DNA from: Pseudomonadota bacterium
GTDB taxonomy: Bacteria > Pseudomonadota > Alphaproteobacteria > Micropepsales > Micropepsaceae
Direction: 5' to 3'
DNA: 64,000 bases
NCBI GenBank assembly: GCA_040389245.1
Contig: JAZKAH010000002.1
Location: 2,182,402 to 2,246,401 of the forward strand
Part shown: positions 54,570 through 64,000 of the stretch, one piece after another
Numbering within the stretch: the stretch's first letter is position 1
Layout: each line of letters starts with the position of its first letter
Translations under genes and position numbers: made by a program
Notes under the pieces: model-generated
Told to the model about the DNA's origin: nothing
Databases searched by the model: none
What the model saw: only the letters and a program-made list of their open reading frames with translations

Positions 54570-56657
54570 CTAGTTTGCCTTGATGCGAGCCGCCGGAGCC
54601 GGCGTGCCGAGCACGGCTGTGGATGGCGGTGGCGCCGGCGCATAAAGATCCGCCAGGATCGTCAGCGGCAGATCCCGACCCGCCAGCCGATTTTTATAGA
54701 TCTCCATATTCTCCAGCACGCGCTGCACGTAATTGCGGGTTTCGCCGAACGGGATCTGCTCGATCCAGTCGACGGCGTCCACGGCCCCGTTGCTGGGATC
54801 GCCATTGGCGGCGACCCATTTGCGCACATTGCCCGGGCCGGCATTGTAGGCCGCCACCGCCAGGACAAAGGATTTGTCCCAACTGTCATAGTGCCGGGCG
54901 AATTCGATCATGCCGAGCTGGATATTGTAGTTGTTGTCGGTCAACAGATCCTCCGGACGATAGGGCAGCCCGCCCGCCCGCGCCGAAGTCTTGGCCGCCG
55001 ACAACATCACCTGCATCAGTCCGCGCGCCCCGGCGCTGGAAACCGCCCCGGCATCGAATTCGGTTTCCTGCCGGATCAGCGCATGCACCAGGGCGGGCTG
55101 CGGGGCGGTTCCCTGGGCGGTATAGGCGGGCAGGCTCAATGCCGGATAGGCAAAGCCCAGCATCGGTACGCCCGTATAGCTCGACGCCTTGGCGAGCCGT
55201 ACAGCGACCTCGGGATACCCCCAATCGGTCAGAGATTGCAGAAACTGCTTGAGATGGCCCGGCGCCGGATACGTTTCGGACTCGCGCACCGCAAAGAGAC
55301 GCAGATCATTGCCCTGGCCCAGCTCCGCCAGAACCCGGATCTGGGGCATCAAGGCGTCGCTTTCGATCGCGTTCTTGGCGACGGGTTCGACAATGGTATC
55401 GGCCAGATGCAGGACCGGCGCGGCCTCGGTGCGCGCGATGGCGAGCTGGCCGTAGAAAGTATCGGAATGGGCCGCCGCCGCGCGGTAATGGCTATAGGCA
55501 TTGGCCGTGTCTCCCAAGGCCTCATAGGCGCGGCCCTGCCAATAGTCGGCCCGCGATTTGCTGATCGGCCGCGAAACGGTGACGCTCAGGTGCTGGAAAT
55601 AGGTCAGCGCTCGCGACGCGTCCTTGAGAAATCGCAAGGAGATAAACCCGGCCAGGAATTGCTGATCGGCATATTGATCGCTGGTAGGAAGCTGGGCGTG
55701 ATCCACTAATTTCAGCGCCAGGCGCGGATCGCCCGCCATGAGGGCATCGCGGGCCTCGATGGCCACTTCGTTCCACCAGCGTTGGGTATGATCGCGCGCC
55801 AGACCTGCGGGCTCCACGCGCAGCAGCATGGCATGAGCCGCGGCATCCTTGCTCTCGGCTCGCAGCGCCCGCGCCCAGTCGAAGAGGAGCGTGGGATCGC
55901 TCGAGCCGGATACTTTCGCCAACGCGGATTTGGCCTTCGCAAGCCCCGACGCCAGCGCCAGCCGCGCCTGGGCCAATGCGGCGGTCCGCGCATCCACGCG
56001 CCCCATCTGCCGGCGCGCGGCGGGAATTTCGCCCCGCCACAGCAATCCATCCAGGCGGGCCCGGTCCGCCTCTGGCGTCAGATAGGCGGCATCTTGGGCC
56101 AGGATGCCGGCCTCCGTCGCATCGTCGAAGCTGCCTTCGCTCCAGCCCTGGCGGATCAGCTCGCCGCCGCGTGTCTTGTCGCCGCTTGCCACCATGGCTT
56201 CGCCCAGGCGGACGCGACCGATGGGGGAGGCGGGCGCGCGCGCGCCAAACCATTGCGCGATCTGAGCCGGCGTCATGTCCGGCGTGATGTCGGCTTCGGC
56301 GCGGACAAGGAGCGCGTTGTGGAGCGGCCAGCCCGTCGCCATTTTCAACATCGCGTCCACATCGGCGAATTTGGCGCCGCTGTCGCGGTCCAGAGCATAG
56401 CGCCATTGCAGAAGCTGGCGCGCGGTCGTGTCCTGGCCCTGATTGCCCAGCGCCATGGCGGTCACCCAATCGGATCGGGCGGCGGCGGCAAAGGCCCGGA
56501 TGAAAATATCGTGATCGGCGGCGGAAAGAACGTGGATCTTGCCGACCCGCATCGCCGCGACCGCATCCTGGCCGGCGGGTGGCTGCGCGCGGCTCGCCAT
56601 CATCCAGCTCCCGGCCAGGAGTGCGGCGACGGCGATGCCGATATGCTTCAAACCCAT
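54570..56657 (-). CDS. Soluble lytic murein transglycosylase (Slt70-like)
   Basis: Signal peptide; helical repeats; IRQETEF, GARGLMQ, AYNAG and ETRNYV motifs. Confidence 0.92.
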   Translation of the reverse strand: MGLKHIGIAVAALLAGSWMMASRAQPPAGQDAVAAMRVGKIHVLSAADHDIFIRAFAAAARSDWVTAMALGNQGQDTTARQLLQWRYALDRDSGAKFADVDAMLKMATGWPLHNALLVRAEADITPDMTPAQIAQWFGARAPASPIGRVRLGEAMVASGDKTRGGELIRQGWSEGSFDDATEAGILAQDAAYLTPEADRARLDGLLWRGEIPAARRQMGRVDARTAALAQARLALASGLAKAKSALAKVSGSSDPTLLFDWARALRAESKDAAAHAMLLRVEPAGLARDHTQRWWNEVAIEARDALMAGDPRLALKLVDHAQLPTSDQYADQQFLAGFISLRFLKDASRALTYFQHLSVTVSRPISKSRADYWQGRAYEALGDTANAYSHYRAAAAHSDTFYGQLAIARTEAAPVLHLADTIVEPVAKNAIESDALMPQIRVLAELGQGNDLRLFAVRESETYPAPGHLKQFLQSLTDWGYPEVAVRLAKASSYTGVPMLGFAYPALSLPAYTAQGTAPQPALVHALIRQETEFDAGAVSSAGARGLMQVMLSAAKTSARAGGLPYRPEDLLTDNNYNIQLGMIEFARHYDSWDKSFVLAVAAYNAGPGNVRKWVAANGDPSNGAVDAVDWIEQIPFGETRNYVQRVLENMEIYKNRLAGRDLPLTILADLYAPAPPPSTAVLGTPAPAARIKAN

Positions 56658-56769
56658 GACAGGCGCGCTTGTTGAATCTACAAGTTCAGCTTAGACGGAT
56701 GCCGCCGCCTAAGGCCATAATGGAAAACGGGCCGAATTGAGACGGCCAGCACAACGGAACCTGAAACCC

Positions 56770-57663
56770 ATGACCAGCATGCGCGAACGCATCAAAGGCT
56801 CCATTCCCGCACTGATTACGCCGATGAAGAACGGCAAGGTCGACGAAGCCGCGTTCCGCAAATTTGTCTCCTGGCAGATCGAGCAGGGCAGCCAGGGTTT
56901 GGTTCCCTGCGGCACCACCGGCGAATCGCCCACCCTCAGCCATGAGGAGCATATCCGGGTGATCCAGATCTGCGTCGAGGAAGCCGCGGGCCGGGTGCCG
57001 GTGATCGCCGGCGCGGGCTCCAATTCGACGGAAGAAGCCATCTCGCTGCACCGCCACGCCAAGGAGGTGGGTGCTGACGCCGTGCTATCCGTCACCGGCT
57101 ATTACAACAAGCCCTCGCAGGAAGGTCAGTACCGCCATTTCAAGGCGCTGGCCGAGGCGGTCGATATCCCCATCCTGCTCTACAATATTCCCGGCCGCGC
57201 CATCGTGGAGATCAGTGTGGAGACCATGGCGCGGTTGTCGGAGCTGCCCGCGGTGATCGGCGTCAAGGACGCCACCGCCAATCTGATGCGCCCCACCCGC
57301 GAGCGGAACGCCTGCCGCAAGGGCTGGCGCCTGATCTCGGGCGAGGATGGCACCGCGCTGGGCTATATGGCGCATGGCGGCCATGGCTGCATTTCGGTGA
57401 CGGCGAATGTGGCGCCCAAGCTCTGCGCCGAATTCCAGGATTCCTGCCTGCGGGGCAATTACGACCGAGCCCGCGAATTGCACGACAAGCTGATGCCGCT
57501 GCACGACGCCATGTTCTGCGAACCCTCGCCGGCGCCGGTGAAATATGGCGCCTCGCTCTTGGGCCACTGCACGCCGGACGTGCGGCTGCCGCTGATCGAG
57601 CTGACCGAGACCGGCCGTGTGCAGGTCAAAAACGCGATGAAGGGCTGCGGCCTGGCAGTCTGA
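56770..57663 (+). CDS. dapA: 4-hydroxy-tetrahydrodipicolinate synthase
   Basis: GTTGES, YYNKP, LYNIPGR and GVKDA motifs. Confidence 0.96.
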   Translation: MTSMRERIKGSIPALITPMKNGKVDEAAFRKFVSWQIEQGSQGLVPCGTTGESPTLSHEEHIRVIQICVEEAAGRVPVIAGAGSNSTEEAISLHRHAKEVGADAVLSVTGYYNKPSQEGQYRHFKALAEAVDIPILLYNIPGRAIVEISVETMARLSELPAVIGVKDATANLMRPTRERNACRKGWRLISGEDGTALGYMAHGGHGCISVTANVAPKLCAEFQDSCLRGNYDRARELHDKLMPLHDAMFCEPSPAPVKYGASLLGHCTPDVRLPLIELTETGRVQVKNAMKGCGLAV

Positions 57664-57679
57664 TGATCAAAAAAGTCTG

Positions 57680-58153
57680 ATGGCCAAGAAAAAGGACGAT
57701 GGTTCCAAGATGATCGCCGACAATCGCAAGGCGCGTTACGCCTATGCGATCGACAGCGTGCTGGAGGCCGGCATCGTTCTCACCGGCTCGGAAGTCAAAA
57801 GCCTGCGCAACGGCAAGGCGACGATTTCGGAGAGCTATGCCCAGGCCAAGGATGGCGAGATCTTTCTGGTCAACGCCTATATCCCCGAATACACCCAGGC
57901 CAGCCGCTTCAACCACGAGCCCAAGCGCACCCGCAAACTGCTGGTGCGCAAAACCGAGATCGCCAAATTGTCCATCGCCGCGCAGCGCGAGGGCATGACG
58001 CTGATCCCGCTGAAGATGTATTTCAATCCCAGGGGGGTGGCCAAGCTGGAACTGGGCGTGGCCAAGGGCAAGAAGCTGCATGACAAGCGGGAAACCGAAA
58101 AACAGCGCGACTGGCAGCGCGACAAGGCCAGGCTGTTACGCAATCGTGGGTGA
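57680..58153 (+). CDS. smpB: SsrA-binding protein
   Basis: [17 protein letters not shown] and GKKLHDKRE...RDW motifs. Confidence 0.97.
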   Translation: MAKKKDDGSKMIADNRKARYAYAIDSVLEAGIVLTGSEVKSLRNGKATISESYAQAKDGEIFLVNAYIPEYTQASRFNHEPKRTRKLLVRKTEIAKLSIAAQREGMTLIPLKMYFNPRGVAKLELGVAKGKKLHDKRETEKQRDWQRDKARLLRNRG

Positions 58154-58163
58154 GACGCAACTG

Positions 58164-58224
58164 ACGAAACGGTCCAGTGGGCCGTTTCGTGCGGCGAACG
58201 CCGCGAGCTTGGGCGAGCGGCCGG
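58164..58224 (+). repeat. REP-like repeat family B, copy 1 (modules Y and Z)
   Basis: ACGAAACGGTCC-AGT-GGGCCGTTTCGT, then AACGCCGCGAGCTTGGGCGAGCGGC; matches 60518-60574. Confidence 0.8.
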
Positions 58225-58243
58225 AGGGAATAAGTTCGGATCG

Positions 58244-58882
58244 CTAAAGTTCGGTCAGTTTTTTTGCCTTCGCCACCACATCCTCGAACATTTTCGTCGT
58301 CAGCACGCCGGTGTTGGTATTGTAGCGTGAGCAATGATAGCTCGAGATCAGGTTGAATTTGCCGATCTTGTAGACTGCGCCATGCTTAAAGGGGTGCGCG
58401 GCGATCCGGACATTCAGGGTCTTCAGCACGCTGTCATGGGCGATCTTGCCCAGCGCCAGGATGGTTTTGACGTTTGGCAGCATTTGTAATTCGCCGATCA
58501 GGAATTGGCGGCAGGTTCTGATCTCGCTGGGCTCGGGCTTGTTCTGCGGCGGCACGCAGCGCACCGAATTCACGATGCGGCAATCCACCAGTTCCAGAGT
58601 GTCGTCGGGCCGCTCATCATAGACGCCCTTCGCCAGCCCCAGCTTCAGCAAGGTGGCGTAAAGAAGGTCGCCCGCCCAATCGCCCGTGAAGGGGCGTCCG
58701 GTCCGGTTGGCGCCTTGAAGCCCCGGTGCGAGGCCGGCAATCGCCAGCCGCGCATCCAACGGCCCGAAGCTGGGGACCGGGCCATTGAACCAGTCGGGAT
58801 GCTTCTTGCGGTTGTCCGCCCGGAATGCGGCCAGGCGGGGGCAGAGGGGGCAATCGTGCGGCGGGGATGCGGGTGTTTTCAC
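58244..58882 (-). CDS. Uracil-DNA glycosylase, Fe-S family 4/5 type
   Basis: CPLCPRL, GLAPG..GANRTGRPFTGD, RCVPPQNKP and SYHCSRYN motifs. Confidence 0.9.
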   Translation of the reverse strand: MKTPASPPHDCPLCPRLAAFRADNRKKHPDWFNGPVPSFGPLDARLAIAGLAPGLQGANRTGRPFTGDWAGDLLYATLLKLGLAKGVYDERPDDTLELVDCRIVNSVRCVPPQNKPEPSEIRTCRQFLIGELQMLPNVKTILALGKIAHDSVLKTLNVRIAAHPFKHGAVYKIGKFNLISSYHCSRYNTNTGVLTTKMFEDVVAKAKKLTEL

Positions 58883-58901
58883 CCGCTCCGCTTAACCGGA
58901 T

Positions 58902-59462
58902 TCAGACGGCGGGTGCAAATTGGGGTGTTTTGCCCCCTTCGCGCGCGATCTGGCTCTTCAGATCGTCCAGCTCGATGAAATTGTCGGCCTGGCGGCGCAG
59001 TTCATCGGCCACCATGGGGGGCTGGGTGCGAATGGTGGAGACAATGGAGACCCGCAGACCCTTCCGCTGCACGGCTTCCACCAGGCGGCGAAAATCGCCG
59101 TCGCCGGAAAAGATCACCACATGGTCGACGCTGGCCGACATTTCCATCACATCGATGGCGAGTTCTATGTCCATATTGCCTTTGACCCGGCGGCGGCCCT
59201 GGGTGTCGGTGAATTCCTTCAGCGGCTTTGTCACGACCGAGAAGCCGTTATAATCCAGCCAGTCCACCAGCGGCCGGAGCGGTGAAAATTCCTGGTCCTC
59301 CGCCACCGCCGTATAATAGAAGGCGCGCACCAGATTGCCCTTGCGCGCGAAGAGTTCCAGCAAGCGCTTATAGTCGATGTCGAACTGAAGGCCCTTGGCC
59401 GCGCCATATAGATTGGCGCCGTCGATGAACAGAGCGAGTTTTTCGGACGGGTAGAAAAGCAT
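58902..59462 (-). CDS. NYN domain (LabA/DUF88) protein
   Basis: FIDGANL, KGNMDIELAID, SGDGDF and LRRQADNF motifs. Confidence 0.92.
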   Translation of the reverse strand: MLFYPSEKLALFIDGANLYGAAKGLQFDIDYKRLLELFARKGNLVRAFYYTAVAEDQEFSPLRPLVDWLDYNGFSVVTKPLKEFTDTQGRRRVKGNMDIELAIDVMEMSASVDHVVIFSGDGDFRRLVEAVQRKGLRVSIVSTIRTQPPMVADELRRQADNFIELDDLKSQIAREGGKTPQFAPAV

Positions 59463-59463
59463 A

Positions 59464-59970
59464 ATGGCCTCCAAAAAGCCGGACCCTGAAGGGCCGCCGG
59501 GCGAAACGCCCAAAATCTTCATTGCGCTAGGCGCCAATATTCCGTCTGCGATCGGCTCACCCCTGGCTACGTTGAGAGCCGCCTTGGCGGCGCTCGAGCA
59601 GCACGGCGTGCGGGTCCTTAAGCTTTCCTCTTTCCGTCAGACCCAAGCCTGGCCCGACCCGTCCGATCCACCCTTTACAAATGCGGTGGCGGGGATTGCG
59701 ACCGATCTCCAACCCTTTGCTCTGCTGGGACTTTTGCACGAAGTGGAAACTACGCACGGCCGCAAGCGTTCCGCCGCCAATGCGCCCCGCACCCTGGATC
59801 TCGACCTGATCGATTACGAGGGCCGGGTGGAGCAGGGGCCGGTGGAACTTCCCCACCCCCGGATGGCGGATCGCCGCTTCGTGCTGGAGCCTTTGGCCGA
59901 AATCGCTCCTGGATGGCGTCACCCCGTCACGGGCCAGGCGGTCGAAGCCCTGCTGGCAGAACTGCCTTAG
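59464..59970 (+). CDS. folK: HPPK, folate pathway
   Basis: IALGAN, F.NAV, RTLDLDLI, PHPRM..RRFVL.PL motifs. Confidence 0.93.
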   Translation: MASKKPDPEGPPGETPKIFIALGANIPSAIGSPLATLRAALAALEQHGVRVLKLSSFRQTQAWPDPSDPPFTNAVAGIATDLQPFALLGLLHEVETTHGRKRSAANAPRTLDLDLIDYEGRVEQGPVELPHPRMADRRFVLEPLAEIAPGWRHPVTGQAVEALLAELP

Positions 59971-60003
59971 GCTGACATCTGTCGTCCCATCAGACTTATT
60001 ATC

Positions 60004-60032
60004 TTGCCGGATCAGGGGTTTTTCTGTATGTG
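60004..60032 (+). promoter_or_regulatory. Putative housekeeping promoter of rpoZ
   Basis: TTGCCG-N17-TATGTG, about 80 nt upstream of the ATG. Confidence 0.45.
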
Positions 60033-60111
60033 GCTCGGCTGAGATCCCCGTTACAGGCCTGAAATTTCGCTTTCAGAGTCCCCGGTAACTCGCTGAATAA
60101 AAAGGACTTCC

Positions 60112-60495
60112 ATGGCCCGCGTGACTGTCGAAGATTGCGTTGACAAGATTCCAAACCGGTTCGACCTGGTGCTGGCGGCCGGTTTTCGGGCCCGTCAGCT
60201 CTCTGGCGGAGCCGAGCCCTTGCTGGAACGCGATCGCGACAAAAACCCGGTTGTGGCGTTGCGGGAGATCGCGGCCAAGTCGCTGAAGCCGGAAGAGGTC
60301 AAGGAAGAATATATCCGCTCGCTGCAAAAGCATGCCGAAGTGGACGAGCCGGAAGAGACCCGTCCCGAGGCCGACGACCGCGAGGATCCCTCGCACCGCC
60401 AGGTCACCGAGGAAGAGTTGCTGCGGGCCCTGACCACCGAGGCCCAGCGCCGCGCTGAACCGCAGCCCGAACCTGAAGCGGATTACGAGGAGTGA
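60112..60495 (+). CDS. rpoZ: RNA polymerase omega subunit
   Basis: MARVTVEDC...[11 protein letters not shown]...[12 protein letters not shown] motif. Confidence 0.97.
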   Translation: MARVTVEDCVDKIPNRFDLVLAAGFRARQLSGGAEPLLERDRDKNPVVALREIAAKSLKPEEVKEEYIRSLQKHAEVDEPEETRPEADDREDPSHRQVTEEELLRALTTEAQRRAEPQPEPEADYEE

Positions 60496-60499
60496 GCCA

Positions 60500-60695
60500 C
60501 GACCGCCTTTAGGCGGTCGAAACGGTCCGGTGGACCGTTTCGAGTGGCGAACGCCGCGAGCACAAGCGAGCGGCAGGCGCGGACAAAGGCGCCTCCCTCG
60601 CTTCGCTCGGTGAGGGGCAAGCTTTTCTAGCCTCCCTTGCGGTCGTCAAGAAAAGCTAAGCCAACGCCGCGAGCCCAAGCGAGCGGCAGGCGCGG
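60500..60695 (+). repeat. REP-like repeat family B, composite copy (X-Y-Z-spacer-Z)
   Basis: Hairpins at 60500-60519 and 60518-60542; 33-nt direct repeats at 60550-60582 and 60663-60695 (32/33 identical). Confidence 0.85.
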
Positions 60696-60905
60696 GCAAT
60701 CATATTTACGGGCATCCGCCGTCCATACGCTGGCGCAATGGACCGCGCGTCGCTCCTTGCCAAGTCTCAATCCTAGCGCTCTCACCGTGCGGGTGATCGG
60801 CAGCATCGCTGCGGGGCAACTACATTCCGTCCCAAATCCTGAAATTCCGGCCTTTTAGGCCGGGCTGTTGGGACGGGCCCGCCGAACTTCCTATATAATA
60901 GGGAC

Positions 60906-63173
60906 ATGAGCACCCCGTCCGTTCCCAACGCGGTTCAGCCCAAGACCGTGAGCGCTCCTTCCGTCCCTGCGGCAGGCGTGCCGCGCGGGCGCCGCCGTTT
61001 GATGCGTCAGACCGATCTGGTGGAGCGGGTGACGGCTTATGACCCGGGCGCCGATGAAGCCATCCTCAACAAGGCCTACGTCTATGCCATGACGGCCCAT
61101 GGCAAGCAGTTCCGCGCTTCGGGCGATCCCTATTTCGCCCACCCACTGGAAGTGGCCGCGATTCTGACCGAGCTCAAGCTCGACGTCCCCACCATCGTCA
61201 CCGCACTTCTGCACGACACGATCGAGGACACGCTCGTCACCTATGACGATGTGAAGAAGAATTTCGGGGAGGAGATCGCCAATCTGGTCGATGGCGTTAC
61301 CAAGCTTTCCCAGCTCGAATTGTTTTCCGAGCGCACCAAGCAGGCGGAGAATTTCCGCAAGCTGATGCTGGCCATCACCAGCGACATTCGCGTGCTGCTG
61401 GTCAAGCTGGCGGACCGTCTGCACAATATGCGCACCCTGGGCTTCATCGATAAGCCCGAGAAGCGCCGCCGCATAGCCCAGGAGACGGTGGACATCTATG
61501 CGCCGCTGGCCGGGCGCATCGGCATGCAGAATATGCGCGAGGAACTGGAAGATCTTGCTTTCGCCGAGCTCGATCCGCATGCGCGCAACTCCATCGTCAC
61601 CCATTTTGCGCGCCTGGATATGGTAGGAGGGGATCGGGTGGGGCGCATCGCCGACCAGCTCAAGCGCAAGCTGGCCGAGCATGATCTCGATGCCTGGGTC
61701 TATGGCCGGGGCAAGCGGCCCTTTTCGATCTGGCGCAAGCTGCAGACCAAGAAACTCAATTTCGAGCAATTGTCGGATATTTTCGGCTTCCGCGTCATCG
61801 TGCGCGACGTCACCGATTGCTACCGCGCGCTCGGTATCATCCATACCAACTGGCAAATGGTGCCGGAGCGCTTCAAGGATTTCATTTCCACGCCCAAGAC
61901 CAATGGCTACCGCTCCATTCACACCACGGTGATGGGTCCGGAAAAACAGCGGGTGGAGATCCAGATCCGCACCCAGGACATGCATGACGTCGCCGAACGG
62001 GGCGTTGCCGCGCACTGGCGCTATCGCGAGCATGTTTCGGCCCAGGGCGACGAAGGCGCGGCCTATGGCTGGCTGCGCGACATGGTCGATCTTCTGGAGC
62101 GGGGCGACAGCGCCGAAGAGGTGCTGGAGAATTCCCGCCTCAACATGTACGCCGACCAAGTCTTCTGCTTCACGCCCAAGGGCAGCCTGATTTCCCTGCC
62201 GCGGGGCGCCACGCCGATCGATTTCGCCTATGCCGTGCATACCGATCTGGGCCACTCCGCCGTCGGGGCGAAAGTGAATGGCGGTCATGTGCCGCTGCAT
62301 ACGCCGCTGCGCAACGGCGATCAGGTGGAAATCATCTCCACCAAGGAGCAAGCGCCATCTCCCCTATGGGAACAGTTTGTCGTCACCGGCCGGGCGCGGG
62401 CGGAAATCCGGCGCTATCTGCGGCACGCCCAGCGCGGCGAACATCTCAAGCTGGGTCAGAAAATCCTGGAGAAAACCTTTGCCGAGCAGGGCGCCGAATT
62501 AAGCGAGAAAGCCATCGGCGAGGTGGCGAAAAAACTGCGCCTGTCCAAGGCGGAGGACGTCTATGCCGATGTCGGGCGTGGCGTGCTGCGCGGCCATGAG
62601 GTGCTGGCGGCGGTATTTCCCGAACTCAAGCGCGCCGACAAGGCGCGCATCAGACACGGCGGCCCCGCCGCCGGCGCCACCAAACCGATTTCCATTCGCG
62701 GCCTGACCGAAGGCATTGCCTATAACCTGGCGGCTTGCTGCCACCCGCTGCCGGGCGACCGCATTGTCGGGCTGATGACGCCGGGCGAGGGCGTCATCGT
62801 CCATACCATCGACTGCGCCGAACTCGACAAGGCGCAGAATATGGATGACTGGCTGGATGTGAGCTGGGGCCACAATGCGGCGGAAAGCGGCCCCTCGGTG
62901 GGGCGGGTCGCGGTACGGGTGAAAAACGAGCCGGGCAGCCTGGCGGCGGTGATGACGGTGATCGCGGCCAATGGCGGCAACATTTTCAACATGAAAGTGA
63001 CGGCGCGCAACTCGCTTTTCTTCGAATTCGTGATGGATATCGAAGTGCGCGACGTCGCCCATTTGCAGAATATCGTAGGTGCGCTACGGGTGAATAACGC
63101 GGTCGAATCGGTTGATCGCGTGCGCGAAGCGGACGCTTCGGCGAATTCCAGTCATGAGGGGCCGGTACGGTGA
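60906..63173 (+). CDS. spoT: Bifunctional (p)ppGpp synthetase/hydrolase
   Basis: Intact HDTIED hydrolase motif, RFKD, EIQIRT, TGS (FTPKG...TPIDFAYAVH) and ACT domains. Confidence 0.96.
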   Translation: MSTPSVPNAVQPKTVSAPSVPAAGVPRGRRRLMRQTDLVERVTAYDPGADEAILNKAYVYAMTAHGKQFRASGDPYFAHPLEVAAILTELKLDVPTIVTALLHDTIEDTLVTYDDVKKNFGEEIANLVDGVTKLSQLELFSERTKQAENFRKLMLAITSDIRVLLVKLADRLHNMRTLGFIDKPEKRRRIAQETVDIYAPLAGRIGMQNMREELEDLAFAELDPHARNSIVTHFARLDMVGGDRVGRIADQLKRKLAEHDLDAWVYGRGKRPFSIWRKLQTKKLNFEQLSDIFGFRVIVRDVTDCYRALGIIHTNWQMVPERFKDFISTPKTNGYRSIHTTVMGPEKQRVEIQIRTQDMHDVAERGVAAHWRYREHVSAQGDEGAAYGWLRDMVDLLERGDSAEEVLENSRLNMYADQVFCFTPKGSLISLPRGATPIDFAYAVHTDLGHSAVGAKVNGGHVPLHTPLRNGDQVEIISTKEQAPSPLWEQFVVTGRARAEIRRYLRHAQRGEHLKLGQKILEKTFAEQGAELSEKAIGEVAKKLRLSKAEDVYADVGRGVLRGHEVLAAVFPELKRADKARIRHGGPAAGATKPISIRGLTEGIAYNLAACCHPLPGDRIVGLMTPGEGVIVHTIDCAELDKAQNMDDWLDVSWGHNAAESGPSVGRVAVRVKNEPGSLAAVMTVIAANGGNIFNMKVTARNSLFFEFVMDIEVRDVAHLQNIVGALRVNNAVESVDRVREADASANSSHEGPVR

Positions 63174-63754
63174 ACGTCGATCAGGTACTGAACGAATTCA
63201 AGAAGTCGGGCGCGTTGCTGGAGGGGCATTTCATCCTGTCGAGCGGGCTTCACTCCGACAAGTTCCTGCAAAAGGCGCTGGTGTTCCAGGACGCAAAACG
63301 CACTGCCAAACTTTGCAAGGCCCTGGCCGCCAAGGTGCGCAAGGAAGTGAAGGATGAGATCACCGCGATCGTTTCGCCCGCGGTCGGCGGCATCGTGCCG
63401 GGTTATGAGATGGGCCGCCAGCTCGGCCTGCCGGCCATGTATGTCGAACGGGTGGATGGGACGTTTCAGCTTCGCCGCAATTTCACCCTCAAGAAGGGGC
63501 AGAAAGTGCTGATGGTGGAGGACATTATTTCAACCGGCGTCTCCTCGCGCGAATGCATCGCGGCGATCAAGGCGACCGGCGCCAAGGTGGTGGCGGCCTG
63601 CTGTCTGATCGACCGCTCTGCCGGCAAAGCCAAAGTCGGTGTCCCCCTGATCGCACTGGCGGAATGGAAAGTGCAAGCCTGGCCGGCGGACAAGCTGCCG
63701 CCGCATCTGCGCAACATCCCGGCGGTCAAGCCGGGGAGCAGAGGGCTTTCCTGA
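63170..63754 (+). CDS. pyrE: Orotate phosphoribosyltransferase
   Basis: GHF.LSSGLHS and VEDIISTG.S PRPP motifs; GTGA overlap with spoT. Confidence 0.94.
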   Translation: MNVDQVLNEFKKSGALLEGHFILSSGLHSDKFLQKALVFQDAKRTAKLCKALAAKVRKEVKDEITAIVSPAVGGIVPGYEMGRQLGLPAMYVERVDGTFQLRRNFTLKKGQKVLMVEDIISTGVSSRECIAAIKATGAKVVAACCLIDRSAGKAKVGVPLIALAEWKVQAWPADKLPPHLRNIPAVKPGSRGLS

Positions 63755-63801
63755 TGGAAAAATGGGCCTGACAGAAAGATGAGCTTGATAGGGAGACGGG
63801 T

Positions 63802-64000
63802 GTGAAATCCCTGCGTCTTGGCGTCAATATCGATCATGTCGCGACCGTCAGAAATGCGCGGGGCGGCACCACGCCGGACCCGATCCGCGCGGCGCTGATC
63901 GCGCAAGCGGCGGGCGCAGACGGCATCACCGCGCATCTGCGCGAAGATCGCCGTCACATTTCCGACGAAGACATCGCCCGCCTGTCGCGCGATCTGGAAA
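63802..64000 (+). CDS. pdxJ: Pyridoxine 5'-phosphate synthase, 3' end truncated by the window
   Basis: Hand translation from GTG: ...[19 protein letters not shown]...[16 protein letters not shown]. Confidence 0.93.
   Translation, partial: MKSLRLGVNIDHVATVRNARGGTTPDPIRAALIAQAAGADGITAHLREDRRHISDEDIARLSRDLE

Noticed and set aside
57664-58243. ssrA (tmRNA) beside smpB
   Set aside because: No GGGG 5' acceptor, TCCACCA end or ANDN-type tag was seen. The downstream gap is occupied by repeat family B.
60550-60695. Mini-CRISPR from two 33-nt direct repeats
   Set aside because: Only two units, an 80-nt spacer that is itself hairpin-rich, no cas genes, and the same unit also occurs alone at 58197.

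Overview
GC-rich alphaproteobacterial chromosomal segment made almost entirely of core genes: murJ (partial), acs, TPP riboswitch-thiC, rlmN, argG, the rpsT / rhodanese-dnaA / dnaN-recF-lysE-gyrB region, mutM, ubiE-ubiB, coaBC-dut-rrf2-cysK, pyrB-pyrC'-plsY-dprA-topA-rnr-rpmG, gatCAB, dapA-smpB, udg, NYN/folK, rpoZ-spoT-pyrE-pdxJ (partial). The taxonomic call is inferred from gene order. I saw no transposase, integrase, prophage, tRNA, rRNA or CRISPR array. The unexplained signal is mostly non-coding or below the ORF-track cutoff: (1) a three-copy, modular, hairpin-rich intergenic repeat (family A) with compensatory base changes; (2) a second REP-like family (B) built from a tandem-G.A hairpin; (3) a 29-aa peptide with 17 Lys, followed by about 270 nt of palindromes and hairpins and a GST with a basic tail; (4) a 57-aa membrane ORF coupled to acs; (5) a Cys-triad-free Rrf2 regulator ending in DFAI next to cysK, suggesting a CymR-like complex. 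All family and motif calls come from reading the sequence; no database searches were run.
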